From Vicugna vicugna (taxonomy: Eukaryota), in contig MU058387.1 in assembly GCA_013265495.1 (NCBI GenBank), positions 868,001 through 932,000 of the forward strand: 64,000 bases of DNA, read 5' to 3'. Numbering within the stretch: the stretch's first letter is position 1; the number at the start of each line of letters is the position of its first letter. The notes under the pieces are model-generated. The model was given only the letters and a program-made list of their open reading frames with translations, made no database searches and was not told where the DNA came from. This document shows, one piece after another, positions 12,441-24,665 of the stretch. A program made the translations under genes and the position numbers.

Positions 12441-12542
12441 TAATTAAGTTAATTAATTTTTTTTTATGGCAGTACTGGGTATTGAACCCAGGACCTCCTG
12501 CGTGCTAAGCATGCACTCTACTACTGAGCTATTACCTTTCCC
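12441..12542 (-). mobile_element. tRNA-Ala-derived camelid SINE (vic-1 type)
   Basis: Antisense tRNA-like head; TSD ttggagatgattttatt (12424-12440) / ttgaagataattttatt (12543-12559). Confidence 0.9.
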
Positions 12543-14047
12543 TTGAAGATAATTTTATTGTATTGGCTATCTGAAAAAATAATTTCAGAAATGTTATCCC
12601 TTTAGCTATGCAAGTCTTAACTTTTGAAAAGAGACATATGTGATCTTTTTATTACTAATTGATAACTATACTTTCTATGATTAGCAGTTATTTTAACTCC
12701 TCTAAGATTATAAATGCCACAGTATCAGTCAGAGATGCTCTTCGTATATTTTTCCTTACAACTTTAACCAAATTTAACAACATAAGAGCTCTCCTGTGTG
12801 TGTGTATACATGCAGGCATGTGTGTTCATGTGTTCCTGTACTGTGTGTGTATCTGTGTATGAAACACACAGATTATGTGTGTGTGAAGTAAGAATGTGCT
12901 AAATTCTGTTATGTATATAAAAAGTAGAATCATATTGAACATGAATTAATTTCTAGAATTACCTAATAAGTTGGAAAAAAATCAAAATCTACCTATGAAA
13001 TCTCTTATGTTGCCTAGACATGGGTCATGGAAATTTCAACAGCCAAAATAATTATTTTTCAGTGTACATTTTCAAATAATTTAGAGTAGAAGTAGAGGGA
13101 CAATAAGTTGTTGTCACATTCATATTGTTCCATCACAGTAGAGTGCAGCTTAGAATTATCATCTTTATGAAAGAAGCTCTATTCAATTTTCTTAATGAAA
13201 TGGATGAACAGAAACAAAATCAGATATGTCTTATCTGACCAAGAAATAAAGATCATTAAAATGACAGACCAATTAGTAATTCCAGGTACTAATAATGTTC
13301 GAAATATTTACCCAGAGAAGTCACATTTAGTCCCTTATTATAAATTATTGTCTCTTATTTTACTTGTAGTTCTTAATTATCTAACAGCAGTGGGATGTAG
13401 TTGGAAATAAGTGAGAGAAAAAGAAATCTGTAATAAATTATACAAAAGTAAAAAATTTTAAAAGATCAGAGCCCCTGGGATTATCACTGAAATATATACC
13501 ATTCCAACCAAGGGAAGTGTAAATTTTGTTCCATACGCTCAGTTTGAGAACATAGGAATGAATGTACTTTGTTTGAAGTACTTCCACCAAAAAATGGTTA
13601 ACATGAAATCACGTTCTGTATAGCCACCCAGTTGCCAAGTCCTCTTGACTCTAACTTTACAACATCTCTCATCTCTGCTTCCTACTCTCTATCCTGACAG
13701 CAGCTGTATGTTCTCTCTAGAAAATTATCACACTCTTTCCCCGACTCTTTTTATTTCCATTTAGATCCTTTCCTGATCCAAACCTTCTAAAGCAAAATTC
13801 TACAATGTTACTGTTCTGTTAAAACACAGTAAAAAAGAAAACTAAAAAAACCTCAGTGTTTGACAATTGCCCACAGAATAAAGGGAAAAGAGGCAAAGCA
13901 GAAAAGATGTGGCAGTCCATTTCTTGGATATCAGCTTCTGACGGAACCGGTTTATTGGATTCATAAATTGAATAATGAATTCTGAAATATATTTAACTAC
14001 TATCCTAGGGCTTATATTTGACACAAGGCCTATACGGCTTTAGTCAT

Positions 14048-14490
14048 TGGGTTAGTCCAGGGTCTATGAGAAGCAGATGTCAAGATTAGATTACACATAC
14101 AAGATATTTATTAGGGGAACAACCTCTGAGCCAACATTGGGATGAGGCCAGGCTAGGAGAGGAGTGCCTTCTGACCATGATGCGGGTATGATCTCAAGTG
14201 AAGGAAAGTGGTGTGGAAGCATCCTAGTCTGCAGCGAAGTTCTCAAGATAATTCGACAAGACCATCAGAGGAGTTCTCAAGCCAGCGTTGCTTCTGATAG
14301 GAATACCGTGTGTCCAGAAATGGGCCTGAGGTGGCGTCTCTGCTGTGTCTGACACCTGACTGAGAGTAACTGAGGACCGTGAACTTGGTGCAAACACGCT
14401 GTTGAATTTTGTAGTGTGGCAGTCGCATCCCTGTAGCTGGAGAGCTAAAGACAGGATTGTCATGGCTGCCGCAGGGGGACAATGCACCCT
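14048..14490 (-). mobile_element. ERVL solo LTR (LTR33-like)
   Basis: ttagtccagggtc..gagaagcagatgtcaagat...ttttattagggg, ctgaccatgatgc, tgcaaacacgctgttgaattt. Confidence 0.7.
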
Positions 14491-14699
14491 TAAAAAGAAT
14501 GTTAGCCATCTGGATCCTGCTTTGGGGTTGTGATGGCTGCGAAATATCCTAGAGGAGTTCCCATATGGGCAGTTTTGGTTTTACCTCTAGAAAATAAATT
14601 TCTAATTGAACAAATTGAAATCCATTTTTTTTCACAGTACATGTCAGACTTTTTAACTTTTGACCAGTCAAGTAGGTGTATATCTGTCTCAGGGATCAA

Positions 14700-15965
14700 A
14701 CTTTTGATGTCTAAGAACTTTTTTGCCTTACCCAAAGTCGCACAGATTTCCTCCTCCTCTACTTTTACACTTAGGACTCTAACCCATTCTGAGTCAATTT
14801 TTGTATATAATGTAAGATTTGTCTCAAATTAAAAAAAAAAAGTCCCAATGTCATTTAATGAAATGATTGTAGTTTCTCCACTGAATTGCCTTTGTATCTT
14901 TATCAAAAATCAGTTGTCCATATATATTGTCTCCATATTTTGTTCCATTATCTCTTTGTCTATATTTATGCTAATGTCACCCTGTCTCAATTCCTATAGC
15001 TTTAGAGTAAATCTCGAAGTCAGATAATTTTAGCCTCCAACTTCATTCTTCAAATTTGTTTTGGCTGTATTAGAGGTTCTTTTTATTTCAATATAAATCT
15101 TAGAATCTACTTTAATTTCTACAAAAAAATATCTGGGGGGATTTCTGTGGGAGCCCATGGTTGAGTTAACAAATTGTAACAGATCCCAGCTGCTTATCTC
15201 CTTAAAGAAGATGTGCTCAGTAACTGCCTTGAGGTTTTAGCAATGACCCAGGCTCCCAGCTACAAACGCTGGGCGTGCCTGCTGTTAGTCTTCCATCCCC
15301 AAAACAGCCTTGGGCTGGAATGGTAAACAAGTTATAAAAAGCTTCAGACTCAGAGGGGAGAAGGCTGGTTAGCCAATGACAGGTAAGATCCCCTGAGGGG
15401 GGCAACCTAAGACGGGCACAGCCGCCTGAGTCCAAGTTGTTAAGCAGCTGATTCTCACACGTTCACCCTGATGAGCTGAAAGGCTCAACTGAACATGATT
15501 CACCGAAAAGCGTCTTCTGACCTTGAGCCGAACACCAACAACAAACAAAGCCTTTGTACTCACTGTGATCCCACCCTGTCCTTCCCTCAATTCCTGCTTC
15601 GACTGTACTCATTAAATATGGGAGACTTGAGAGGCTCATGAAGTTAGCTCCCGACTCCCTCTCGCTCTCTTGACTTTTCCTCAGAGTCTTGAGTAATTCA
15701 TTCCGTCTCAGTGGGACTTCTGCTGACCAGAACCCACAACTGGTGATGAATCCACAGATTTCAATTGGGATTGTGTTGAAATTTCAGATAACTTATGAGA
15801 ATTGGCATCATATGTATATTAAATCTTCTGTTCCATGAACATCTCACCATTTATGAAGAGTCTCTTTGTCTTAACAATGTACTTTAAGTTTAATCAAACA
15901 GCTCTTATAATTTTTGTCAGATTTATCCTTAAGTATTTTATACTTTTTCATGCTATTAAATGTAT
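14700..15965 (-). mobile_element. Old L1 ORF2 fragment, interrupted by an LTR
   Basis: Antisense ORF2 text is continuous across the LTR (ctgggggatttc | aattgggattgtgttgaa). Confidence 0.8.
15146..15756 (+). mobile_element. Solo LTR, probably class II ERV (ERVK-like)
   Basis: TGTGG...CCACA termini; perfect 6-bp TSD GATTTC (15140-15145 and 15757-15762); TATAAAA at 15333; ATTAAA at 15611. Confidence 0.85.
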
Positions 15966-15969
15966 TTTA

Positions 15970-16104
15970 GGGAAAGGGTATAGCTCAGTGGTAGAGTGCA
16001 TGCTGAGCATGCACAAGGTCCTGGGTTCAATCCCCAGTACCTCCACTAAAAAATGAAATGAAATGAAATGAAATGAAACATGATCACCCCCACCAAAAAA
16101 AAAA
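15970..16104 (+). mobile_element. tRNA-Ala-derived camelid SINE (vic-1 type)
   Basis: gggtatagctcagtggtagagtgcatgctgagcatgcacaaggtcctgggttcaatccccagtacctcca with A and B boxes, (GAAAT)n linker, ccccacc-poly(A) tail. Confidence 0.92.
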
Positions 16105-16109
16105 TGATA

Positions 16110-17410
16110 TTTTAAACTTTGATATATGTTCTTTGCTAGTAATATTGAAAAAGTTTAATTCTATTGCTGAAACTTTATCTGGAAGGGCTTTGTAATTTGT
16201 TCAATGCTTTATCTGCTTTTATTAAGATTGCCTTATTATTTTCTTTTTTAGTTGGTTAATATGATGGCATTCTTGAGATAAAACCCTCTTGGTCATGATA
16301 TATTATCTATCTTATATTTGTGGGACTCAATGTTAAATATTAAATAATAAAATCAATATTTAATAAATGCAAATAATAAGAGAATATCATACTTCTTCAG
16401 CAGGCCCCGTGGTCTTCATTCCCGTGTTAATCTGTGTTTTCCGTTGGTTTTTCCCTTCTGCCTGGAAGGGCTTTGTTCATCCCGTCTAGTGATATGGGTG
16501 TGGGAGTGGTAAATTATTTATGCTTTTTTTTTGTATGTTTGAAAAGCCTTTATTTTGACTTTTTGTTTTTGAAAGATATTTAGCTGGAGATAAAATCCTA
16601 CGTTGGCAGTGTTTTCTTTCTGTTCTTAAAAGGTGCTACTCCATTCTTTTTTATCACTTGCATTTTTTTCTGAGAATAAAGGGCTGCCATGCTTTTACTT
16701 TTCCTTGGAAAGTAGTGTGCTTTTGTCTCCTCTTTTAATATTTTCTGTTTATTGCCGATTTTGAGCAATTTAATTATGATGTGCCTTGGTATAAGTTTCT
16801 TGTCTTTTGGTTTTGATGAACTTCTTGGATCTGTGGATTTATAGTGTTCATCAATTTGGAAAAAAAATTGGCCATTATTTCTTCAAATATTTTCTGTATC
16901 TTCCTTTAAGGATTCTAATTTCACATGTTAGGATTTTTAACGTTGTTCTACATACTACTTGATGCTCTTTTTATTTTTTATTTGATTATTTATTTATGTT
17001 TAATTTTGGATAGTTTCTATTGCTATGTCTTTTCTTCGGCAAAGTCCAATCTGTCTTTAATCCTATCAAGTGCATTTTTCATCTCAAACATTGAAATTTT
17101 CATCTTTAGGAGTTCATCTGTAGTCTGTATATTATATTTCTTCCACATCACTATTTAATTCATTGAATACATGAAATGCAATTATAATAATAGTCCTAAC
17201 AGCCTTGTCTTCTAATTTTAATATCTATATCAATTTGGATCCCTGTCAATTGGTATTCCTTCTCAATACATGTCATGTATTCTTGCTTCTGTGTCCGTCT
17301 GGTAATTTTAGATTAGATGCCTAATACTATGGATTTTAACTTTCCGGGTATGAATATTTTTATATTCCTATAAATGCAGAAATTCCTATAATAGTTTTTG
17401 AGCTTTGATC
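16110..17410 (-). mobile_element. Old L1M fragments (ORF1/ORF2 region)
   Basis: T-rich antisense L1 text, e.g. gaacttcttggatctgtggatttatagtgttcatcaatttgga...ggccattatttcttcaaatatttt. Confidence 0.75.
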
Positions 17411-20400
17411 CTTATGACAAATTCCTTAGCTCCTAGAGTAATGAGGGGTTTGAATGGGTAAGACCAGTAGAAACTAATGGTTGGGAAATACCAAAGACTG
17501 CTTGATAGTATTTTATCTGCCTAGAGAGATTCCAAATGAATTATGCCTGTGGTATTTATTTGTCTCCTGATAAAATGGAAATGCATATTTTTAATGGACC
17601 ATTTAGTACACTGTAACTTACAAATAACTATAATTGGATGAATATTTTTCTTGGAACTGTTAAGATGCAGATCCAATTATCTTGTTCCAACACTAGAAAA
17701 GACAGTATTTCACATATTTAATATTTCCCTGCAGCATTATCTTCTCCCCTGAGCAAAATGGTGCGATGAAGTTTGATTTTCTAGATTATTGAGAAAAGTA
17801 GAGAAAGATACAAGGAGAAAACTATCAAGTGCTTTGAAATATCTAAGTAGATCATAAACCTATGTTTTTTCCTATGTCTTACTGTTTTTCTTTTTTTCTG
17901 GTATTTATCACTACTCCCATCCTTACCAGACTCCTGCTTGGACAATCTCCAAGGCATTTTGACATTTTCCTAAGTCTCTGCTTATAATGTTTTGAATTAT
18001 AGAGATTAAACCACTTAACGGTTAAGCCTTTTTCTATACAATGGACCTCTTCCTGATGCAAAAGTAGATCTGCTTTTCAATGATTCTTGAAATGCATTTT
18101 GTTTGAAACTCAGAGGAAAGGCCAAGAAAATTTATGCTCAGCACTGTGATGATTCAAAATAGTATCAGAATTTTTCTTCTGGTTTGCTTTTCATATTTGC
18201 ACATACCCATGGAGCAGTGCATAGTTACTGTCTTCACAATGAGAGGACTAATTCTTGTCCAGTTGAGTCGTAATTTATGGTTGTATTTATATGACCTCGA
18301 TCTAGTGAGGTAGATATCTTCGGAGGTCAGGAAGAAACTTCACATAAGCCCACTGGAAATAGTGGGAAAAAGAGCTGCGTGTGTGTTGTATGAGGCTGAC
18401 ATCCAATTCCTGCTGCAAACGTAATAGTAGGAAGGATTGTTGATTGGTTTGTATCTTATGAACATCTACTTTTATTTACTTCTAAGGGATGTCTAGCTTT
18501 ACTGCTTTTCTTTGTAAGAGAAAACTGTGTCTCTTTAACGTAAGTAAAATCAGATTTTAATTATGAAACTTCAAAAGTTGTCCTTACCGGTCCACTTAAG
18601 ATCTTTGAATGTTTAACGTGACTTTGTTAAGAGACTCGATTTCCATATTCCTTTTGAAGGAATTCTTTCAAAGAGATAGATCTACAAATAACACTTTGGT
18701 GGTTCCTCCTTTTTGGAGGGTTAAATGTACTGGAATGGGTCTTTTTGTTATGTTTAGTAATAGAGCAGAATTGGAAAAATTGACAAATGCAACCAAAAAT
18801 GATAATTTACTCAAAGAATGAAAAATACATAAATGTTACCTGGAAAAATAAATTACTTAACCAAAGCACAAGATATATTGTAGGCATCTATAAAATCACA
18901 AATTTGTAAAATAATTTTGCACAAAGGCCTTATCACTCAAAGTCAAAAACCCATGGTAAATTAGGAAGATCTTTGCACATTGAGGGGGAACAAGAGATTT
19001 TCTGCCTTTTAAAAACAATATCTTCTATGTATGTTAGAATATTGAATGACAACAGTATTCTGAGGCATTACTTATATTCTTCTTAGGCTCAATAATACCT
19101 ATTTTTGTTTTCACAGTAACTTTTATAATGTGTTATTCATTATATGCTACTTTTTGTCATTCAGGAATGTCTGTTCTGATGTAACTCTTAATTCTTTCAC
19201 TCCCAGATGAATCATATTTAAACACTCATATAACAACATATTAACTTTCTCTAAAGAACAGTTTGTCAAAAATTTTTATTGACTCTGGTATAAAATATAA
19301 CGGATTAATAAAACAGCTTTGTACTGCTTCTTAAAATAATGCCACAGAAAGTTGTTAATAGTGACAATAAAAACTGTGGGCTCCGAGGCAGAAACATTAG
19401 TGGTGGAATCACGAACCTGCCACCACACATGTCACCAGTTTGAAAACAGCGTATTTTGGCTAATCCAGGTTTCCACTTGGTTGTTGGTGAATCTGCCTGC
19501 CCTGAAATGAATCACTGTTTGCTTCGAGCAGCTCTGGGAGCAGCATGTGGCCAAGACAGAAGTGAGGTCACAGTACAGGCTATGTAGTTTTCTCTAAGAG
19601 GTTTCCTCCTGATGCAGTATTTTAAATTTTATTTTGTATTTTCTTTACATTTGGAAGTCAAGTAAAAGTAGTCCAATATTAAAGTAATGCATTCTTGAAA
19701 TACTGAACATATTTCTCAAACTAGTACTATAAACTACAATTAACAAGGTATTTCTTATCTACTAAAACATAAAATTTAGAGAGCAGAAAGTGAATGGAAT
19801 TCTTTGCAAATGAAAATTGATGATTTTTTTTTGTTTGTTTATACAATTTTGACATCTGTCTACAGAAATCTATGATAGGGGAAAGACGGAAGAGAAAAGG
19901 AAAGAGATTACTGGGAGGGGAAGATGAAAAAGGAAAATAGTAGAGCACTTTCTACCCGTGTAACAGGGTAGAGGAAGACAGCTGGAACGCTGGCCAAGAG
20001 GACGGAGCACTGGGAGAAGTTACCGGCAATGGACGTGATTTGATCGCAGGTTTGCACAAGACAAATAGAAGGGCCTCCGTCAGAGGAAGAGTCCAAATTC
20101 TAGTCAAGAGAAAGACACAGGTCCATATTTAAGAAGACAATCAAGCCTCAGGATCAAGAAATGAGACAAGGTAATTATGGGATCCAAACGTGGGAAATCT
20201 GAGATCAAGTCAAGATGCAGAATCCAAAGCAGTTTGGAAGAAAGGATTTAGAACTAGGTGTTGGAAGCCTCCATGAGAGCAGTGATTGCATCATGTTGCA
20301 GGTATGGGGTTCTTAAAACTAGCCACTTTGCATCTTTTTTTCCAGTTGACCCTATGGTCCAGCCATACTGAATTTCTCTCTGATTTTGAAAAGGCCTCAC

Positions 20401-22573
20401 CAAGAATATTAAAGCCCAGCTGAGAATGTGGTAAGTGATGTAAAAGAGGCAGCCAGTACTCTAGGAAAGCATTGGAGTGTCACGTGGCTTCTGTGTTTGT
20501 GTTTGTAGGTGAGGATGATAAGCTTGTTTAGGGAAGCAATGTTTATACCATGCTCTCCATCTGCTCTTGAATTATGTCCTAATGTGGACGTTCTTCTACA
20601 TCCTCCACCATGAAACTATGTGGACCTAAAACAAGGTATAAAGGAAAGCAGGAATCTGATAAAAACAAAGGATGATTGATATTATGCTCCACTGAATGCA
20701 AACAAAGAGTAATTGTTTTGAAACACACAACCCTTCATCTTTTTTTTTTTGATAATCTTACATTTCCTGCAGCCTTTTGTGTTATTGCCCCAGAGAGAGT
20801 TGAGGACAAATGGAAAGAAGGATGATATGGCATGGAGGAGGAACTCACCATAAGAAACAGAGAAGCCTCATAGTGATGGAGAATAGGATGAGGAAGTTCA
20901 GGTACAAAAGAGAGTGGGGCATAGCAGGAAGTGAGATGTGTTTTCCTCCTGCCTCCTTTGTGTTGTACACCTTTAGGGCAGCAGAGGAGAGGAGCACGTA
21001 GAAACTCCTAGACAGGTTTGGGAAGATGTGAGCAGCTCAGGTTGAGCGCTCTACCTCCTCTTTTGTAGAGACCAGAAGCCTTCTAGAGAAGCCCCACATT
21101 TGGCATAGTGCCATGACCATTATGGTGCGAATGGACCAAGCAGCAGCACTGTGAGAGGAGGTCCAGGTGATCTGCGGGACAGCACTGCAGGTTGCCCATG
21201 GCTTGGAAGCACCATGTGGGAGATACAGGAATTAGAGAGGGAGGGACAAATTGCCAAGCATATCTACGGGTCTGAATAAGCCGTGATTCGGGGAAAGGCG
21301 CGCATGCCTTGTAACCGGAGGCTATGCTGTCGAGGGACTACTTGTTTTTGCTTGAATGTCATCCATGGGCTGCTCTGCCTGGCTCCATTCCAGCGAACAA
21401 GTGACCAGCCTGTGCAGCCAAAACTTAACACTGCAGTGTAAAGCCTGGGGATCCCTTCAGCCGCTCCCACTAAGGACGGGGAACTCCTCCCACTCAGAGA
21501 TATCCTGGCAAGACGGAAGGGGCAGGAGCACGTTTCAGGAGGAGGGAAACAGCCTTAAGATGAAGTCTGAACTTAAGTGCATTTTCAAAAAAGCATCAAT
21601 TCTAAAGCAGACACGATGGAGTTACTACTAAACAGCATTTTCCCATCAAGGAAAAAGGGCGTTTATATTTGCTTTAGAAGAAGCACTTCCATAAGTGCCT
21701 GATGAAGCAGCGTGCATAAAATGTGCATGAGGAGTCCAAGAAAAGGCATTCAAGGTCAACGCTCAAAATAAACTTTTGTTTGTCTAACAGCCTTTCTAGT
21801 AAGCAGAAACAAACAAAAAGATTTCACTTGTCTAGCTCAGATTTACTTCCAAAATACGTTTGCCATAACTTAGAGTCTATGGATCCTTTCCGTTTTCTTT
21901 TGCATTCTTTTCTCTTCTCTTCTCTCTCTCTTTTTTTTCCCCTGCTTCCCTACTTGATCCCTACCCTTCCCTTGGACAATATTGGGCTACTTTACTCTTA
22001 TTTTGTTTCCTTCACCAGTTCTGGAACAGTCTAAGACTTTTTTTTGAAGATTACTACCGCCTTATTCAAGCTTTCTTTTCTTCCTGGAACAGTAAATTAT
22101 TCACATGTTAGACGTTAATTTATTGTTCATGTCTCTCAAATTGTCTTTCAGACTTTTCAGCTCTGACTGTTAATGGCTGCATCTGGAGATTCTCTATATA
22201 CATGTTTAGAATTGACATCTAGTTATTATTTTTCTCATCTATTCTAAACTTGTTCATGGAAGTTTGCTTTTATTGATTAGATTTTTAATTATGAAAAGTC
22301 ACTCTATAAGACTGATCTTTTATTATTTTAAACATCTTTTACATTTTTGGCATGTTTTCAATCCCTTCTCTTACTTTTTAACATAGTGAATGTGTGTGTG
22401 CTCTCACATGTGTGTATAAAGTAAATCTCTCCATCTGCCATTTTTTCACTGTTGACACTGCTTATTGCTGGGTCTTGCTCATGGCACCTTTCTTTGTGAG
22501 TTAGGGATTTGTTTTTGTCTGTGCCTCATATTCTTTGGAGTTTAACTGTGAGGATTATTTGAGGTGAATTTCT

Positions 22574-22580
22574 TCTATAC

Positions 22581-22611
<31 letters not shown>

Positions 22612-22970
22612 TATTTATTGAAGGATAATCCATTTACGATGTCAGTTTCTGGTGTACAGCACAGTGCTTCAGTCATACATGAACATACACTATATTCGTT
22701 TTCATATTCTTTTCACCATAAGTTACTACAAGATATTGAATATAGTGCCCTGTGCTCTACAGTATGAACTTGTTGTTTATCTGTTTTATATGTATTAGCT
22801 AGTATCTGCAGATCTTATCCCTTCTTACCCCCTTTACCCCCCGGTAACCAGAAGTTTGTTTTCTATGTCTATGAATCTGTTTCTGTTTTGTGAATAAGTT
22901 AGTTTGCCTTTTTTTTTTTAGGTTCCACAACTAAGTGATATCATAAGTTATGTTTCTTTCCCTTTCTGGC
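22574..22970 (-). mobile_element. Lineage-specific L1 3' UTR insertion with (TA)n tail
   Basis: Perfect 16-bp TSD tttgaggtgaatttct at 22558-22573 and 22971-22986; antisense to the L1 3' UTRs elsewhere in the window. Confidence 0.92.
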
Positions 22971-23599
22971 TTTGAGGTGAATTTCTACAGAGAAGATTCC
23001 AAAAATGCTTCTGAAAATTTCTAGAGGGCGCTGTCAGTGGTGGATTAAAGTCAGACACTTGAAACAAAACTTGTTACCTGAACCCCCCCCCCTCCGCCCC
23101 ACCACAAAGTTGTGTAAATTTAGGTTACAAACTCATGTGAAAACCCATGAGAAGACACTATTTTCTCCATCCAACCCTAAGGTTCAAGACAGGTTCCTGG
23201 GTATGAAAAAAGAGGATGACAAAGGTGATTTATTTCTCCTTCATCTTCACACTAAATACATAGTTGGTGAAGTAAAACTGAAATTCATCCGAGTTCAGCA
23301 AGTGACTGACTGTGGATAAGGCCTCTTTTGTTCTCTGACCATCCATCTGGACTCTAGCTTTTATGTAGTCTAACAGCATGTAAGGATTTCTTATTTTTCT
23401 GCCAGCTCATCATGAACCTACAAAGATGATTTGTATATTATACCCGACATTACTCGATGTGATCGTTGGGAAGGTAATTCAGGATATGAAGGGAACCAGA
23501 TTACCGGCAAGGGAAATGTAAGTTTTGACCCCACTAAAGCAGGCATATTTACAGAACATGACAGGTAATTAAAATGCCCATAAAAATGTATATCTCATC

Positions 23600-23850
23600 A
23601 TTATGGGTGAATTGTGTCCCCCTAAAAAGAGACGTTTGAGTCCTAACCCCCAGGACTGAAGAATGTGACCTTTTTTGAAGATAGACTCTTTACAGAGGTA
23701 ATCGATTTAAAGTGAGGTCATTACGGTAGGCCCTCATTCTATATGGCAGGTATTTTTGCAAAAACCTTGGACACAGAGACAGACGTACACAAAGGGAGAC
23801 TGTCCTGTAAATACTGGCACTGAGCTGCCACAAGCATAGGGAGCTAACAC
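23600..23850 (+). mobile_element. MLT1 (ERVL-MaLR) LTR, 5' part
   Basis: tatgggtgaattgtgtccccc...gtcctaacccccag..gaatgtgacctt...gaggtcatta. Confidence 0.85.
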
Positions 23851-23854
23851 GCTA

Positions 23855-24065
23855 AAGTTTGTTATTTTCTATGCATCAGATACTCTTGTGTGCTTTATCT
23901 CCTTAACCCACTTAATATCCAAGTCTACGTGGCAGGTCCTATTGTCATCCCCATCCTGCAGATGAATTAACTGATGCACTATAGGTTTAATAACTTGCCC
24001 AAGATGCACAGCTAGCAGACACAGAAATCCAGGTAGTCCAAAGTGTACATGTCCTCTGCAAAACA
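23855..24065 (-). mobile_element. MIR SINE
   Basis: attgtcatccccatcctgcagatgaattaactga...taacttgcccaagatgcacagctag. Confidence 0.8.
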
Positions 24066-24469
24066 TACTTTAATACTGATGTTTTAAAGCATAGCTTCTA
24101 AAATGCGTACATCTGTATGATTCTTCGTGTGCCTTTGATATGATCCAGACACTGCTGATAGCTAAGAAATGGAGGAAAAGCTCTTTAATATTCTCTGATC
24201 GATCTTCACATTTGTCTCTTTCCTTTCTTATTTTCAGTCCTCTGGCTTCCATGTTTTGCCTTGGAGTTTAATGATCTTTATGGACACATTTACCTAATTC
24301 AGTTGATAGTTGACCCTTCTTTGCTGATACTTTAATTGTCTGCTACTTTGTCTCTACATATTAGCAGCTACAGGTGTAGGACAACCTGTTCTTTCAGTGG
24401 GACTCAAAACCACCAAGTTGTCTGGTCACAACTTGATGCCCAGGGAGAGACTGGCCAGGATATTAAAAC

Positions 24470-24665
24470 AGCGAAACATTAGAATCAGAGAAATTGATGC
24501 TTGATTAATACCTGCACCACTTGGAAGTGTGTGACCATTTCCAGATCATTTAAGCCTTCAGCCTCAGTTTTCCCATCTGTAACATGGAGACAAGAGCAAT
24601 AGCCTTCTCACACGACTCTGATTTGGATAACCTTAAATATTCCTCATAAACACTCAGTAATAAAT
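24470..24665 (+). mobile_element. MIR SINE
   Basis: tgtgtgacc...tcagcctcagttttcccatctgtaacatggag. Confidence 0.75.

Noticed and set aside
15975..16046. Apparent tRNA-Ala gene (also at 12467-12542, 27665-27735, 28065-28135 and 52283-52359)
   Set aside because: Mutated stems and anticodon loop, A-rich tails, TSDs and multiple diverged copies identify these as SINEs.
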